Source: a virus
Taxonomy: Duplodnaviria > Caudoviricetes
Length of the DNA: 64,000 bases
Virus record (IMG/VR): IMGVR_UViG_3300003962_000006
Span: 48,181-112,180 of that record
Strand: one strand, 5' to 3'
Shown here: piece after piece, positions 1-9,832 of the stretch
How positions within the stretch are numbered: position 1 is the stretch's first letter
Layout: each line of letters opens with the position of its first letter
The notes under the pieces: generated by a model
What the model saw: only the letters and a program-made list of their open reading frames with translations
The model's database searches: none
Told to the model about the DNA's origin: nothing
Position numbers and translations under genes: made by a program

Positions 1-870
1 ACAAGTGAAATTGAAGAACAAATAAAAAATGCGACCTCCATAACCGACCAATTTAAGACAACTCTTGAATCATTCGGGAACGGAATAAAAGATAAAGTTA
101 TTCCATTTTTACGAGATTTGGTTTCTTATGTTCGGGAGTTCATCGCGGAGCATCCAAATGTTATAAAGGCTGTTGCGCTTATCGCCGGAGGGTTTGCTGT
201 TCTTGGAAAATCTGCTGTTATGGCGCAGACGCTGTTGGCGGCTTTATCAACCACTTTGAAGGTTTTTGGAGGCTCTGCCGGCATAGGTGCCCTCGCAACT
301 CTTGGCTCGATGGCTCTTGCGATTGTTGGCGTCGGCGCCGCTGCTTATGAGGCTTATACAAATTGGGATTTATTAAAAGAAAGTTTTAGATGGCTTTTGG
401 AAGATAAATTTCCAATTTTGGGCGGGGTGCTGGAAGGATTTAAGGAATTGTATAGCATTATTTCCCGAGCCGGAACTCTTATTGATGATTTTTTGGAAAA
501 TAAGCTTGGAAAGTTTTATGAATACTCAAAAGCATTAACAAAAGCAGTAATAAATCCAGCATCTTTTGTTGCGGATAGTTTTAAGGAAAATTTTGATGAA
601 ATAGCCATTCCTGAAATCCTTGGCGGGTCTGGTTATAAAGGCTCTCCAATAAATAATGTTGCCTCAAAAGAAGTTAAAAATGATGTTTCTCGGGTGCGAA
701 CTTTAAGCAGCCCGGCACAACGCCGCGATGACGCGACAAACCAATCTCTTCCAGAACAAGCATCAAAAGAAGGAAGTAAAAACCTTATTTTGCAACTTGA
801 CGGGAGAGAGTTGGGCCGAGCGGTTCTTGATGTTATTGAAGAAAAAATGAATTTATCTATTCCAAGATAA
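1..870 (+). CDS. tail tape measure protein, C-terminal part (5' truncated by window)
   Basis: Frame open from base 1; A/G/L-rich hydrophobic helices, 'YTNWD' and terminal 'LQLDGRELGRAV' typical of tape measure C-termini; precedes baseplate-like genes. Confidence 0.7.
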   Translation, partial: TSEIEEQIKNATSITDQFKTTLESFGNGIKDKVIPFLRDLVSYVREFIAEHPNVIKAVALIAGGFAVLGKSAVMAQTLLAALSTTLKVFGGSAGIGALATLGSMALAIVGVGAAAYEAYTNWDLLKESFRWLLEDKFPILGGVLEGFKELYSIISRAGTLIDDFLENKLGKFYEYSKALTKAVINPASFVADSFKENFDEIAIPEILGGSGYKGSPINNVASKEVKNDVSRVRTLSSPAQRRDDATNQSLPEQASKEGSKNLILQLDGRELGRAVLDVIEEKMNLSIPR

Positions 871-885
871 AATGTATTTAAATTT

Positions 886-1656
886 ATGGCTAATGTTAGA
901 TTTAAAAATGGCGACATAACCGACCGACTGGCCAACGAACTTCAACACTATGTTGATTTTTATCACGTTCCAACAGGAATAAATGTTGAATTTAAGGCTT
1001 TTCTCAAAAACATAGACAACGATTTCGTTTCAAATTGGACGAGCGAAGAAGTCTACGGTAAAATGGACCCGGTTGAGACATTTAGAAATACTAAAAGAAC
1101 AATAAGTTTGTCTTGGGTTGTTCCTGCGGTGGATTTTGAGGAAGCCAAAGAAAACCTTGAAAGATGTTCTATTCTTTCTTCTATGCTCTATGGAACCTAT
1201 AACCAAATCAAAAGCGACCCAAATAATCCAGCGTCATCTCTTAATGCGACAGCCATTAACGCAAATCCTTTAATGAAAGTTAAGTTTATGAATTTAATTC
1301 AAGATGTTTCCGCCCCGGAAAGTGACAACGCACAAACTTCGGGCCTTTTATGTCGTCTCAACGGATTATCTTGGAAGCCCAACCTGGACATGGGATTTTT
1401 TGATGATTTTAAAGGAAACATCTATCCAAAAGAAATCGCTCTATCTTGCGTTTTAACAGCTCTTCATCAACACCCTATGGGTTGGTCCAACGGATTGCCG
1501 ATTGGCGATTTTAGCCGCTTTCCGTTCGGTATAGACGTTCTCAACGGTCAAGGAACCGACCAAGCGCTCATCGAACCCTCGCAAGAACAACAAGAAACTT
1601 CTCGAGCCGCCGAAAGACAACAAAATGTCGCCTCCAATTCTATCTTGAAATCTTAA
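886..1656 (+). CDS. putative tail tube-initiator/baseplate protein
   Basis: 'W...EVYGKMDPV..F.NTKRTISLSW' resembles tube-like baseplate proteins; directly after tape measure gene. Confidence 0.5.
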   Translation: MANVRFKNGDITDRLANELQHYVDFYHVPTGINVEFKAFLKNIDNDFVSNWTSEEVYGKMDPVETFRNTKRTISLSWVVPAVDFEEAKENLERCSILSSMLYGTYNQIKSDPNNPASSLNATAINANPLMKVKFMNLIQDVSAPESDNAQTSGLLCRLNGLSWKPNLDMGFFDDFKGNIYPKEIALSCVLTALHQHPMGWSNGLPIGDFSRFPFGIDVLNGQGTDQALIEPSQEQQETSRAAERQQNVASNSILKS

Positions 1657-1668
1657 TTAATTAAGGTT

Positions 1669-2007
1669 ATGGCCAGCCGATACGATAATGTTCCCGTTGG
1701 AATAAATGATTTGCCGCAGTACAAACAACTTTTCAAAGAAAGAAATGTTAAGTTTATTAAACAATTTTTTACTCCAACAATTTATCATCCAACCGAAGAT
1801 GAAATAAAGAATTTAAAGGTTCAAAACCACATTTGGGGAATAAATGATAGAATGTACAAATTGGCCAATAAACACTATGGAGATGCGAAACTTTGGTGGA
1901 TTATTGCTTGGTTTAATTTAAAGCCGACCGACGCGCACATCAAATTAGGAGATGTTATTTACATTCCTTCTCCTGTTGAAGATGTTTTGAAGATTTTCAA
2001 GGTTTAA
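1669..2007 (+). CDS. LysM-like baseplate wedge / tail X-type protein
   Basis: 'DRMYKLANKHYGDAKLWWIIAWFN...IKLGDVIYIP' LysM/gp53-like pattern. Confidence 0.75.
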   Translation: MASRYDNVPVGINDLPQYKQLFKERNVKFIKQFFTPTIYHPTEDEIKNLKVQNHIWGINDRMYKLANKHYGDAKLWWIIAWFNLKPTDAHIKLGDVIYIPSPVEDVLKIFKV

Positions 2008-2008
2008 A

Positions 2009-4303
2009 ATGGTTGATAAAGTCCAGAATTCATACCTTCCGGAAGATAAAAACTTTATCTTATCAAATCGTTTTCAAGAGCAGTGCTTCCTTGTTAGAAA
2101 TCTTGAAACATTTCAATCAAAACATAAAAATGCTGTTTTTAAAAATTTCGTTCAAATTGAAGATGAACCCGGAATTGTTTTAAATCTTCTTCTCGGGAAA
2201 GGGAACACTGCATTTATCAACATTCTTCCTCAACAATTATCTCTTTTAACTCCAAAGATAAGAATTTACAAGATTTTTCAAGATAAAAATGGAGATACGG
2301 AAGAAGAAGAAATTGTTTTTCCAACATTTACAAGCAAACAAGAATTAGAACAAATTTTACAAAACAAAGCATCAAGGGGGGATGGCGCCGGAATAAAAAG
2401 TTTTTCTTGGTTTGATAATGGAACAAATCCGGCGGATACAGGATTTTCTTTTACGGCAAAACTGGAAATGTATTTCCAGAGTGTAAAGGCGTTTTTTTCT
2501 CAACAAGAGAAAGCATCCGGAAGGGTTATTTCGTATGCTGACCTTATTTCGTATCCGCAAACAAGAAAAATTAGAGATGATTTATACAACGAAAATTATT
2601 TTACAATAAAAGCGGAAGTCGGTTGGGCTCTTCCACCCGATAATGAATTAACACTTTCGCCAGGGTTAAGGCAAGCAATTCAACAGACGACAACAACATT
2701 TATTTTAAATCTAATACAACACGACATAGATTTTGGCGAGAACGGGGAAATGAAAGTTTCCGCGCAATACATCGCGTCTATTGAAGGAAAAATGTTTTCT
2801 CCAGGTGCCGACATTTTTTATGTTAAAAATAGACCAAAACTAGACAACATAACGGAAATTGATGGAGAAATTAAACAAGCAACGGAATTCTTAAATGAAA
2901 CAAGAAAAAAAATAACAGATAAACCAGATGATAATGATTTAAAAAACACATTAACTCTTGGTGAAAAAGCACTTAATGAACTTGTTGAATTAAAAGAGAA
3001 AACTCTTCGGGAAGATAGAACAAAACTTTATAACAGGTTGTTGCAGAAACTCCAAGATAGGTCTCAAATCTATTTTGTTGATGTTGCTTGTGAAGAAATT
3101 GGAATTGGAGAAAATGGTCTTTTAACCGAAGAAGAATTAATAAAAAGGAATACAGAACAAAGCGCAAGCAAGACATACTCGCAAGGAGTTTCAACATCCA
3201 ATAACATTTTAAGCAACGAAGTTGTTGAGAAATTTCAGCAAGCTCAAAAAGAGAAAGGTGAAAATGAATTGCGAATTTTAACAGAAGAGCAAGAAAAAAT
3301 TACTAACTCAACCATTTCTCCGCTTGACCAGAACAAAATAAGAGTTAATTATTTCTATTTTGGTGATTTGATTGACGCTTCGCTTGACAGCATTTATGAT
3401 GAAACAGATGAGAATAGCATTTCTTCAATTCAATCAAGAAAAGAGCAATTTAGAATTCTATTAGGTTCTTTGGAGTTTCTCTCTCCACATTCCAATAAAA
3501 GAATAAGGGTTTCTCTTGCAGACATTCCAATTTCCTTAAATCTTTATAATAGTTGGTTTATTGATGTCGTTATAAGACCTTTAAGAAATAAGTTTTCAGT
3601 CAAAGAGTTTATTAATAACATTTGTTCCAAGTTAATTTTAAAATGCCTTAATCCTGTCTGTTTTGGTTCGAACTTTGTGAATGAAAATGTTTATACAGTA
3701 AACTCCGCTTTTACACTTTCGGGAGATTATCCCGAACTTGACCCAAAAAGTAATAGCCGAATAAACATAAAAAATGTTAAAGTAAAAAATAAAAATAAGA
3801 ACATTTCTTTAATAAAAAATTATCTTTTTATTGGTATTTCTGGATACGAAATGTCGCACGGCGGTCCAAATAAAATAGAGGATGAAAAAAAAGGAATTTA
3901 TCATTTTTATGTTGGTTCAAATAAAGGTTTATTGAAAAATGTTAAATTTTCCCGCGTTAATGTTCCATTTTTGCGAGAAATGGCTATTGCCGAGGCAGCC
4001 GCCGGAAGGTCTGGCGACGTCATTAAGAGCGAGCCTTACAACGCGAAAGTTTCTATGTTTGGAAACGCTTTCTTTAAACCTGGAATGAAAATTTTTATTG
4101 ACCCAGCCTCTCTTGGTTTTGGAACGCAAGTTCCATTTGACAGCCTGCGAATTGGCGGTTATTATGATGTTATTCGGGTTGAGAATTTTATAGCCCCCGG
4201 CAAATTTGAAACAATTTTGGATTGTACCGCACAAAACATTTTGCCTTCCAAGACATCTTCAAATTATGAAAATCAAGTCAAAAAGATTAATTCCAAGCCT
4301 TAA
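2009..4303 (+). CDS. putative baseplate hub protein
   Basis: C-terminal 'MFGNAFFKPGMKIFI...GGYYDVIRVEN.I..GKFET.L' typical of hub/late-control-D folds; synteny. Confidence 0.55.
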   Translation: MVDKVQNSYLPEDKNFILSNRFQEQCFLVRNLETFQSKHKNAVFKNFVQIEDEPGIVLNLLLGKGNTAFINILPQQLSLLTPKIRIYKIFQDKNGDTEEEEIVFPTFTSKQELEQILQNKASRGDGAGIKSFSWFDNGTNPADTGFSFTAKLEMYFQSVKAFFSQQEKASGRVISYADLISYPQTRKIRDDLYNENYFTIKAEVGWALPPDNELTLSPGLRQAIQQTTTTFILNLIQHDIDFGENGEMKVSAQYIASIEGKMFSPGADIFYVKNRPKLDNITEIDGEIKQATEFLNETRKKITDKPDDNDLKNTLTLGEKALNELVELKEKTLREDRTKLYNRLLQKLQDRSQIYFVDVACEEIGIGENGLLTEEELIKRNTEQSASKTYSQGVSTSNNILSNEVVEKFQQAQKEKGENELRILTEEQEKITNSTISPLDQNKIRVNYFYFGDLIDASLDSIYDETDENSISSIQSRKEQFRILLGSLEFLSPHSNKRIRVSLADIPISLNLYNSWFIDVVIRPLRNKFSVKEFINNICSKLILKCLNPVCFGSNFVNENVYTVNSAFTLSGDYPELDPKSNSRINIKNVKVKNKNKNISLIKNYLFIGISGYEMSHGGPNKIEDEKKGIYHFYVGSNKGLLKNVKFSRVNVPFLREMAIAEAAAGRSGDVIKSEPYNAKVSMFGNAFFKPGMKIFIDPASLGFGTQVPFDSLRIGGYYDVIRVENFIAPGKFETILDCTAQNILPSKTSSNYENQVKKINSKP

Positions 4304-4312
4304 TTAAATTGT

Positions 4313-5458
4313 ATGGAAATTACCAAAGGCAATAACTTTCTTAATTCAAGATCAATTTTTATTGAAAGAAAAAAATACGATGAGTTATTTCCTGAAAGCG
4401 TTATTCGCAAGATTGACCTTTGGGATGAAAAAACCCTCTTTGGAAAGGTGGATAGATTTAACAATCCAATCATTCTAAAAAATCAAATGGTTCGGCAAAT
4501 TTCGGTGGATAATAATGTTTATGCGGTCAATTTTCTTGCTGATGCCTTTTTTCAAATAAAAAGAGAATTTAAGGAAAAAGAAAGAAGAAGGCGAATAAAT
4601 CTTGATGGTTCTGTGTTCACTGATTTGGAACCCAAAAAAGGTTTCATAAGTGTTGAAGCGGAATACTCAAAATTTTTAAATCTCCTTTATTCTTCTTTTG
4701 GAACATTTCTTCAACAAAACCAAAATTACCAAAGGCTTGTTGATTTTTCTTCATTTTTTATTCTTTTTAAAGAATTTCTAACAAACCTGTCTAATGGTTT
4801 ATTTTTTACAAAATCTTCTTTTATCTTATCAAAGCACTGCTCTCCGTTATGTTCCGGGTTGATGTTGGAAATTTCAAACAATTCTCATTCGCAGGACGAA
4901 GAAAAAGTTAAAAAATTTATAAACGATAGAAATTTCAACTTTTATCAAAAGACGGCGAAAAAATACGGATTTTATCTTGATAAAAATGCTCCTTGGCGAT
5001 TGATTGCGAATGTTAATTCTCCGCAGATGAAGGAGTTTATGATAAAGTTCGGGTTCAAAGATAAAGACGACCTTTTTGATAGAGGTTACGAGAAAACATC
5101 TCAAAACGAATTTCAGCAAATAAAAGAAATTATGGTCCGTTTTTATAATTCTTATGTTTTCGCAAATCCAATTTTAGTTGTGCGAAAAAGAAAGTGTGCT
5201 GAAAAAATTTTAAGACAAACAATAAACCTTGATGATGTTGAAAAATTGATTAATAAAAATTCTTTGATTTCATTTTACGCTTGGCTTAAATCCAAGGAAA
5301 GTGTATCATTAGGCACGATAAACATTGAAAACCTTGATGGAGTTATTGAGAAATCAATTTCAATAGCAAGCGTCTTGGGCGAAGAAAAAGCAATTGCTTT
5401 TATTAACTCTCAATACAAAGTTTCAACGGAGCAAAGAGATGCTGGTTCAGGTTCTTGA
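4313..5458 (+). CDS. hypothetical protein
   Basis: 381-aa ORF, no recognised motif. Confidence 0.6.
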   Translation: MEITKGNNFLNSRSIFIERKKYDELFPESVIRKIDLWDEKTLFGKVDRFNNPIILKNQMVRQISVDNNVYAVNFLADAFFQIKREFKEKERRRRINLDGSVFTDLEPKKGFISVEAEYSKFLNLLYSSFGTFLQQNQNYQRLVDFSSFFILFKEFLTNLSNGLFFTKSSFILSKHCSPLCSGLMLEISNNSHSQDEEKVKKFINDRNFNFYQKTAKKYGFYLDKNAPWRLIANVNSPQMKEFMIKFGFKDKDDLFDRGYEKTSQNEFQQIKEIMVRFYNSYVFANPILVVRKRKCAEKILRQTINLDDVEKLINKNSLISFYAWLKSKESVSLGTINIENLDGVIEKSISIASVLGEEKAIAFINSQYKVSTEQRDAGSGS

Positions 5459-6590
5459 TAATGGAAATGGTAATAAGTTTTTTTATCAAGACGGAGAGAG
5501 AGTTAAAAACATTCCTGACAACTTTATCACACTTCGTGCTGATAAATCCTTTAAAAATAAGAATTTTATTGCCTGTTTTCTTTTAGGTGATGAAGATACG
5601 CTTTTGAAGTCTCTTGATAAGAATTTATTCGGGCGGTACAAGCAAAGTCTTGATAAAAAAAGATTTTTTCTTAATTCTTTTAGAAACTCAAATTTTAACC
5701 TTAAAGATAATGATTTTTGGACTTTTGTTCCTTTATGGTTTAAAGAAGATTATTTACAAACCGAACGGGATGTGATACAAAATTTGTCAAAACTTCCTGT
5801 TCCTAACAATTATGATTTTCTTAAAAAAAGTCATTTCTTATTGGATAAGATTTCTAAAAAAAATCTAAACATAGAAAGGGATTTTATCTCAAAAGAGAAA
5901 TTCAAGAACTCTAATAATTATGTTCGGTACAACCTCTTTGGAACAATAACTGGCCGCTTGACGACGCACAAAAACTCATTTCCAATTATGTCTTTTGATA
6001 AAACTGAACGACAAATCTTGAAACCTCAAAATGATTTTTTTGTTGAATTAGATTACAACGGAGCAGAGATAAGAACTCTTTTTAACTTGATTGGAAAGCA
6101 AATTGAAGAAGAAGATGTTTATGAGTTTTTCTTAAAGGCTTCCGGAGAAATAAAAGAAAGAGGGGAAATAAAAAAACAAGCGATTTCTTGGTTATACAAC
6201 CCCAACTCTTTCAATACCAACTTTGACAAATTGATTAATAAACAACAGATTGTTAATAATTTTTACAAAGATGGTAAAATAATAACGCCATTCAAAAGAG
6301 AAATCTTTTGCGACAAAGAGCACGCATTAAATTATTTATTACAAAGCACAACGAGCGATGTTTGCTTGGAGCAGTCATGCAAGATTGATGATTTTTTAAC
6401 ATCAAATAAATTAAAAACTTTTATTGCTTTTATGCTTCACGATTGTCTTGTTTTAGATGTTGCTTCAAGCGAGTTTAAATACTTAAAAAACATCAAACAA
6501 ATCTTTGAGAAAAATGATAAGATAGGTCTGTTTAAATCCAATGTAAAGATGGGAAAAAACTACGGGGAAATGAAAAAAATAAGTCTATGA
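5439..6590 (+). CDS. short family A DNA polymerase-like protein (polymerase core only)
   Basis: 'TITGRLTT', motif A 'ELDYNGAEIR', motif B-like 'RGEIKKQAISWLY', 'ALNYLLQST', motif C 'MLHDCLV'. Confidence 0.75.
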   Translation: MLVQVLDNGNGNKFFYQDGERVKNIPDNFITLRADKSFKNKNFIACFLLGDEDTLLKSLDKNLFGRYKQSLDKKRFFLNSFRNSNFNLKDNDFWTFVPLWFKEDYLQTERDVIQNLSKLPVPNNYDFLKKSHFLLDKISKKNLNIERDFISKEKFKNSNNYVRYNLFGTITGRLTTHKNSFPIMSFDKTERQILKPQNDFFVELDYNGAEIRTLFNLIGKQIEEEDVYEFFLKASGEIKERGEIKKQAISWLYNPNSFNTNFDKLINKQQIVNNFYKDGKIITPFKREIFCDKEHALNYLLQSTTSDVCLEQSCKIDDFLTSNKLKTFIAFMLHDCLVLDVASSEFKYLKNIKQIFEKNDKIGLFKSNVKMGKNYGEMKKISL

Positions 6591-7423
6591 TTTCTGTTAT
6601 TGGAATAGGAGAAACCGCGGATAGTATTTTATCTTTTTTGGATAAAAACGAGTATGATTGTTTTTCAATAACAGATGGAAAAACTAAAATTCAAAAATCT
6701 TTTAAAGTGGATAAAAAGAAAACTCACGAGGAATACGAAAGCGAAATAAATTGTTCTTTTGTTGAAAACATCAACTTGCACGATGATAGATTAATTGTTT
6801 TTGTTTCTGGAAAAGATAAATGTTCCTCTTTAACTTTAAAAATTCTTGATTATTTTAAAAACAAGAAGATAGAAATTTTTTACATAAAACCCATAACTTC
6901 TTTTTTGTCTCAAGATGATTTAAAATTTGAGAAAGTCATAAGATTTGTTCTTCAAGAGTATGCTCGTTCTGGCCTATTTGAAAAGGTTTCTTTGATAGAT
7001 TTGGAAATCTTAAAACAATTTTCTCAAAACAAAACTTTTGATAAGTTTTATGATACTATGTATCAAACAATCGCTCAAATTTTTCATTTTTGCGAAAAGA
7101 CAGAAAAGACTATGCCGATTTTTGATAATGAAATAGAAAAACCTTCTTGGTATAGAATAAGCACATTTGGTTTTTGCGATTTTGATGATGAAAAAGAAAA
7201 CAATTTTTACAAATTAAAAAACAACAATTTTTGTTCTTATTCTTTCATTTTAAACGATGAAAGGTATAGAACCGATAATAAATTAACAGAAAAGGTCTTC
7301 AGCCTTTTTCAAGAAAAGCAGCAACAAGAAAAAGATTGTGCTGTTTCCTTTAAAATTATGTTGACGGACCAAAAAAAGAACAGTATTCTTGTGCAGAAAT
7401 GGACAGGAGAAACACAAAATTAA
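6587..7423 (+). CDS. degenerate FtsZ/tubulin-like protein
   Basis: N-terminal 'ISVIGIG' and FtsZ-like order of elements; GGGTG(S/T)G signature absent. Confidence 0.4.
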   Translation: MISVIGIGETADSILSFLDKNEYDCFSITDGKTKIQKSFKVDKKKTHEEYESEINCSFVENINLHDDRLIVFVSGKDKCSSLTLKILDYFKNKKIEIFYIKPITSFLSQDDLKFEKVIRFVLQEYARSGLFEKVSLIDLEILKQFSQNKTFDKFYDTMYQTIAQIFHFCEKTEKTMPIFDNEIEKPSWYRISTFGFCDFDDEKENNFYKLKNNNFCSYSFILNDERYRTDNKLTEKVFSLFQEKQQQEKDCAVSFKIMLTDQKKNSILVQKWTGETQN

Positions 7424-7475
7424 AAACACTAGAGCATTTCAATAAAATGAAAATAAGTCTCATAAAGGAAAAAGT

Positions 7476-8324
7476 ATGAATACAAAATTAAATTTAGACG
7501 ACATGGACATCGACTTAGAGAAACTAAACTCCAAATTAGAAAAAATGGAAAACAAAGGAAAGGGCGGAAACGAAAATTCAAATTGGTTCACTCCAAAAGA
7601 AGGAACACAAACCATAAGATTTCTTCCAGACCCTGGGAAGGACCCTTTCAAGGAGGTTTGGCTCCATTACGGCGTTCCAAATCACCGGAAAGGAATTGTC
7701 TGTCTCAAACGGCAATTTGGGAAAGATTGCCCCATTTGTTCTCTCGCAACAGCTCTCTGGAAGAAAAAGTTAGACCCGGAAGTTAAAGATGAAAAAGGAA
7801 AGCCAAAACAAAGCACCGAACAGATGATTGCGAAAAAACTCTTCGCAAAAGAGCGGTATTATTCAGCAATCATTGAAAGAAAAGAAGGCGAAGCCTTGCC
7901 GAAAGGCAAGTGGTTTGCTTATGGTGGAAAAAATTATAAAACTTTGGTTGAATTAAGTAAAAATCCTGATTATAGAAACATAACTCATTATAAGACCGGC
8001 CGGGATTTTACTGTTAAAATGATTCCATCAGGAAAAGAAGGCAATAAGACAAATTATAATGAAATAACTTTGACGGTTGGAGGAAAAGAAAAACCTTTGA
8101 CCGATTCAAAAGAAAACGCAATCAAAATTCTTGAAAGCGTTAAAGACCTTATGGAGTTGATGAAGGAGCAGGTTAAGACCAAAGAGGAAATTAACCAAAT
8201 TCTTCAAGAACAATTCAATTTTGACGAAGAAGGTCATGTTTCCCTCGGCGGCGAATCTGATTCTCAACAAGAAGAAAAAGAAGACCAAAGCGCGGAAGAT
8301 GTCTTTAAATCATTAGAAGATTAA
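7476..8324 (+). CDS. single-stranded DNA-binding protein (T4 gp32-like)
   Basis: 'IRFLP', 'HY...C......CPIC' Zn site, 'GRDF', acidic C-terminal tail. Confidence 0.8.
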   Translation: MNTKLNLDDMDIDLEKLNSKLEKMENKGKGGNENSNWFTPKEGTQTIRFLPDPGKDPFKEVWLHYGVPNHRKGIVCLKRQFGKDCPICSLATALWKKKLDPEVKDEKGKPKQSTEQMIAKKLFAKERYYSAIIERKEGEALPKGKWFAYGGKNYKTLVELSKNPDYRNITHYKTGRDFTVKMIPSGKEGNKTNYNEITLTVGGKEKPLTDSKENAIKILESVKDLMELMKEQVKTKEEINQILQEQFNFDEEGHVSLGGESDSQQEEKEDQSAEDVFKSLED

Positions 8325-8335
8325 AGTTTAATTTT

Positions 8336-8370
8336 AGGCGGTATAAAGAGAAATTTTTATACCGCTTTTT
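8336..8370 (+). terminator. intrinsic terminator
   Basis: gcggtataaa/tttataccgc hairpin followed by T run. Confidence 0.7.
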
Positions 8371-8400
8371 GCTTTCATTATTAAATCACGGGAGAAAAAA

Positions 8401-8688
8401 ATGGTTAAAAAAGAAGAAAAAGAAGGGAAAAAGAATTTAGGCAAACTTTCTATTGCGGAAATACAAAAACTTATCAACAAACAGGCCGCCGGGACCGTTT
8501 CATTTAATTTGAAGGATGATGACCCCGCAAGCGTTGTCGATTGGATTCCAACAGGAGCGGATTGGCTTGATTGTATCATCTGCAAAGGAAAGCGAGCAGG
8601 AATTCCTGTCGGCCGGGTTTCCGAGTTGGCGGGTGAGAGTGCCTGTGTTACAGAGGATACTGAAATTGAGGTTGAGATTAGCGATTGA
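8401..8688 (+). CDS. recA: RecA/UvsX N-fragment fused to a 14-aa split-intein N-part (8644-8685)
   Basis: 'WIPTG..LD...GIPVGRVSELAGESA' followed by CVTEDTEIEVEISD-stop; Walker A is completed by SGKS in the 9829 ORF. Confidence 0.9.
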   Translation: MVKKEEKEGKKNLGKLSIAEIQKLINKQAAGTVSFNLKDDDPASVVDWIPTGADWLDCIICKGKRAGIPVGRVSELAGESACVTEDTEIEVEISD

Positions 8689-8710
8689 CTTTCCCCGCTA
8701 TTTAGGTATT

Positions 8711-9832
8711 ATGACCGATTTAAATAAATTAACAAATGAAGTTGGAGATGCTCTCTCTATCGATAAATTTAAAAAAAATGAAAATGTGATAAAAATGATT
8801 GAAAGTGGGTGTAATTGGCGAGAAATAGAAAAGACATACGGATTATCGTATAGTTCTATTGGTAAAATTGCTAAAAAATTTAATTTATTGGATAAATTCA
8901 AACAAAACAACAATAAAACAAATCCCCGCTTGTCTGGCGATGAACACCCTCGCCGCAAATCTTCTATTTTACGCTACGAAGCGTTTAATTTGGAATGGGG
9001 TAAGATTATTGAAAGCGAGATAGAAAATGGTGCTAATTTGAGTTTATTAATAAAAAAAACAGGAGCAAAACTCACATTCTTAAGAAGATTTATTCAGTGG
9101 AAGGGCGATAAGTGGAAGCAAAAATTAAGCGTTAATAGTGAAATCATCATAAAGAAAAATGCTTTTGATAATTTAAAAAAAATAGAAAAATTATCAAATC
9201 ATTCTGTAAAGAAAATAGAAGATAAACACATAAAACTTTACAAAAAAATGTTAGAGCAAAATAAAACAAAATCACAAATCGTAAAAACATTTGTAAAAAA
9301 ATACAATTTCGGTCATAAAAAAGTTGAAGATTTAGCGGGACTTTATGGAAAACCAAACAAACAAAAACAATCAGGTAAAAATAACCCTATGTATGGTAAA
9401 AGTCCATCAATAAAGGCGGGAATAGGAACGAAAGGTTGGGTTATTAACAAAAAAGGTGAAAAAATCTTTTTTAGAAGTTCTTTGGAAATGAAGGTTTTTT
9501 TGTTTCTAATAGAAAATAATGTAGAATTTTTATTATCAAAACATAGGATAAATTATAAATTAAATAAAAAAGAAAGAACCTATTGTCCCGACATCGTAAT
9601 TGGTAATGTGATTTACGAAATTAAACCTAAACAGATGGTTTCTTTAAAAGAAAACCAAATAAAATTCAAAGCTTTGGAAAATTATTGTAAAAGATTTAAT
9701 TTAAAATGTGGTTTTTACACGGAAGAAGATTTTGACTACGTCTTGGACGCTGAAAAAATAGAAAAATTAATTTTAGAAGACAAAATTATTTTAGATAAAA
9801 AAAATAAAGAGAAAATATTGAGGAACTTATGA
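8711..9832 (+). mobile_element. free-standing homing endonuclease (NUMOD3 + TnsA-like PD-(D/E)XK) between recA halves
   Basis: 'GKNNPMYGK' NUMOD3 motif; 'FRSSLE...YCPD...YEIKP'; lies inside a fractured gene. Confidence 0.75.

Noticed and set aside
8516-8710. ORF-track N-terminal extension of the endonuclease overlapping recA-N
   Set aside because: Shadow frame over conserved recA coding sequence; ATG 8711 is the more plausible start.
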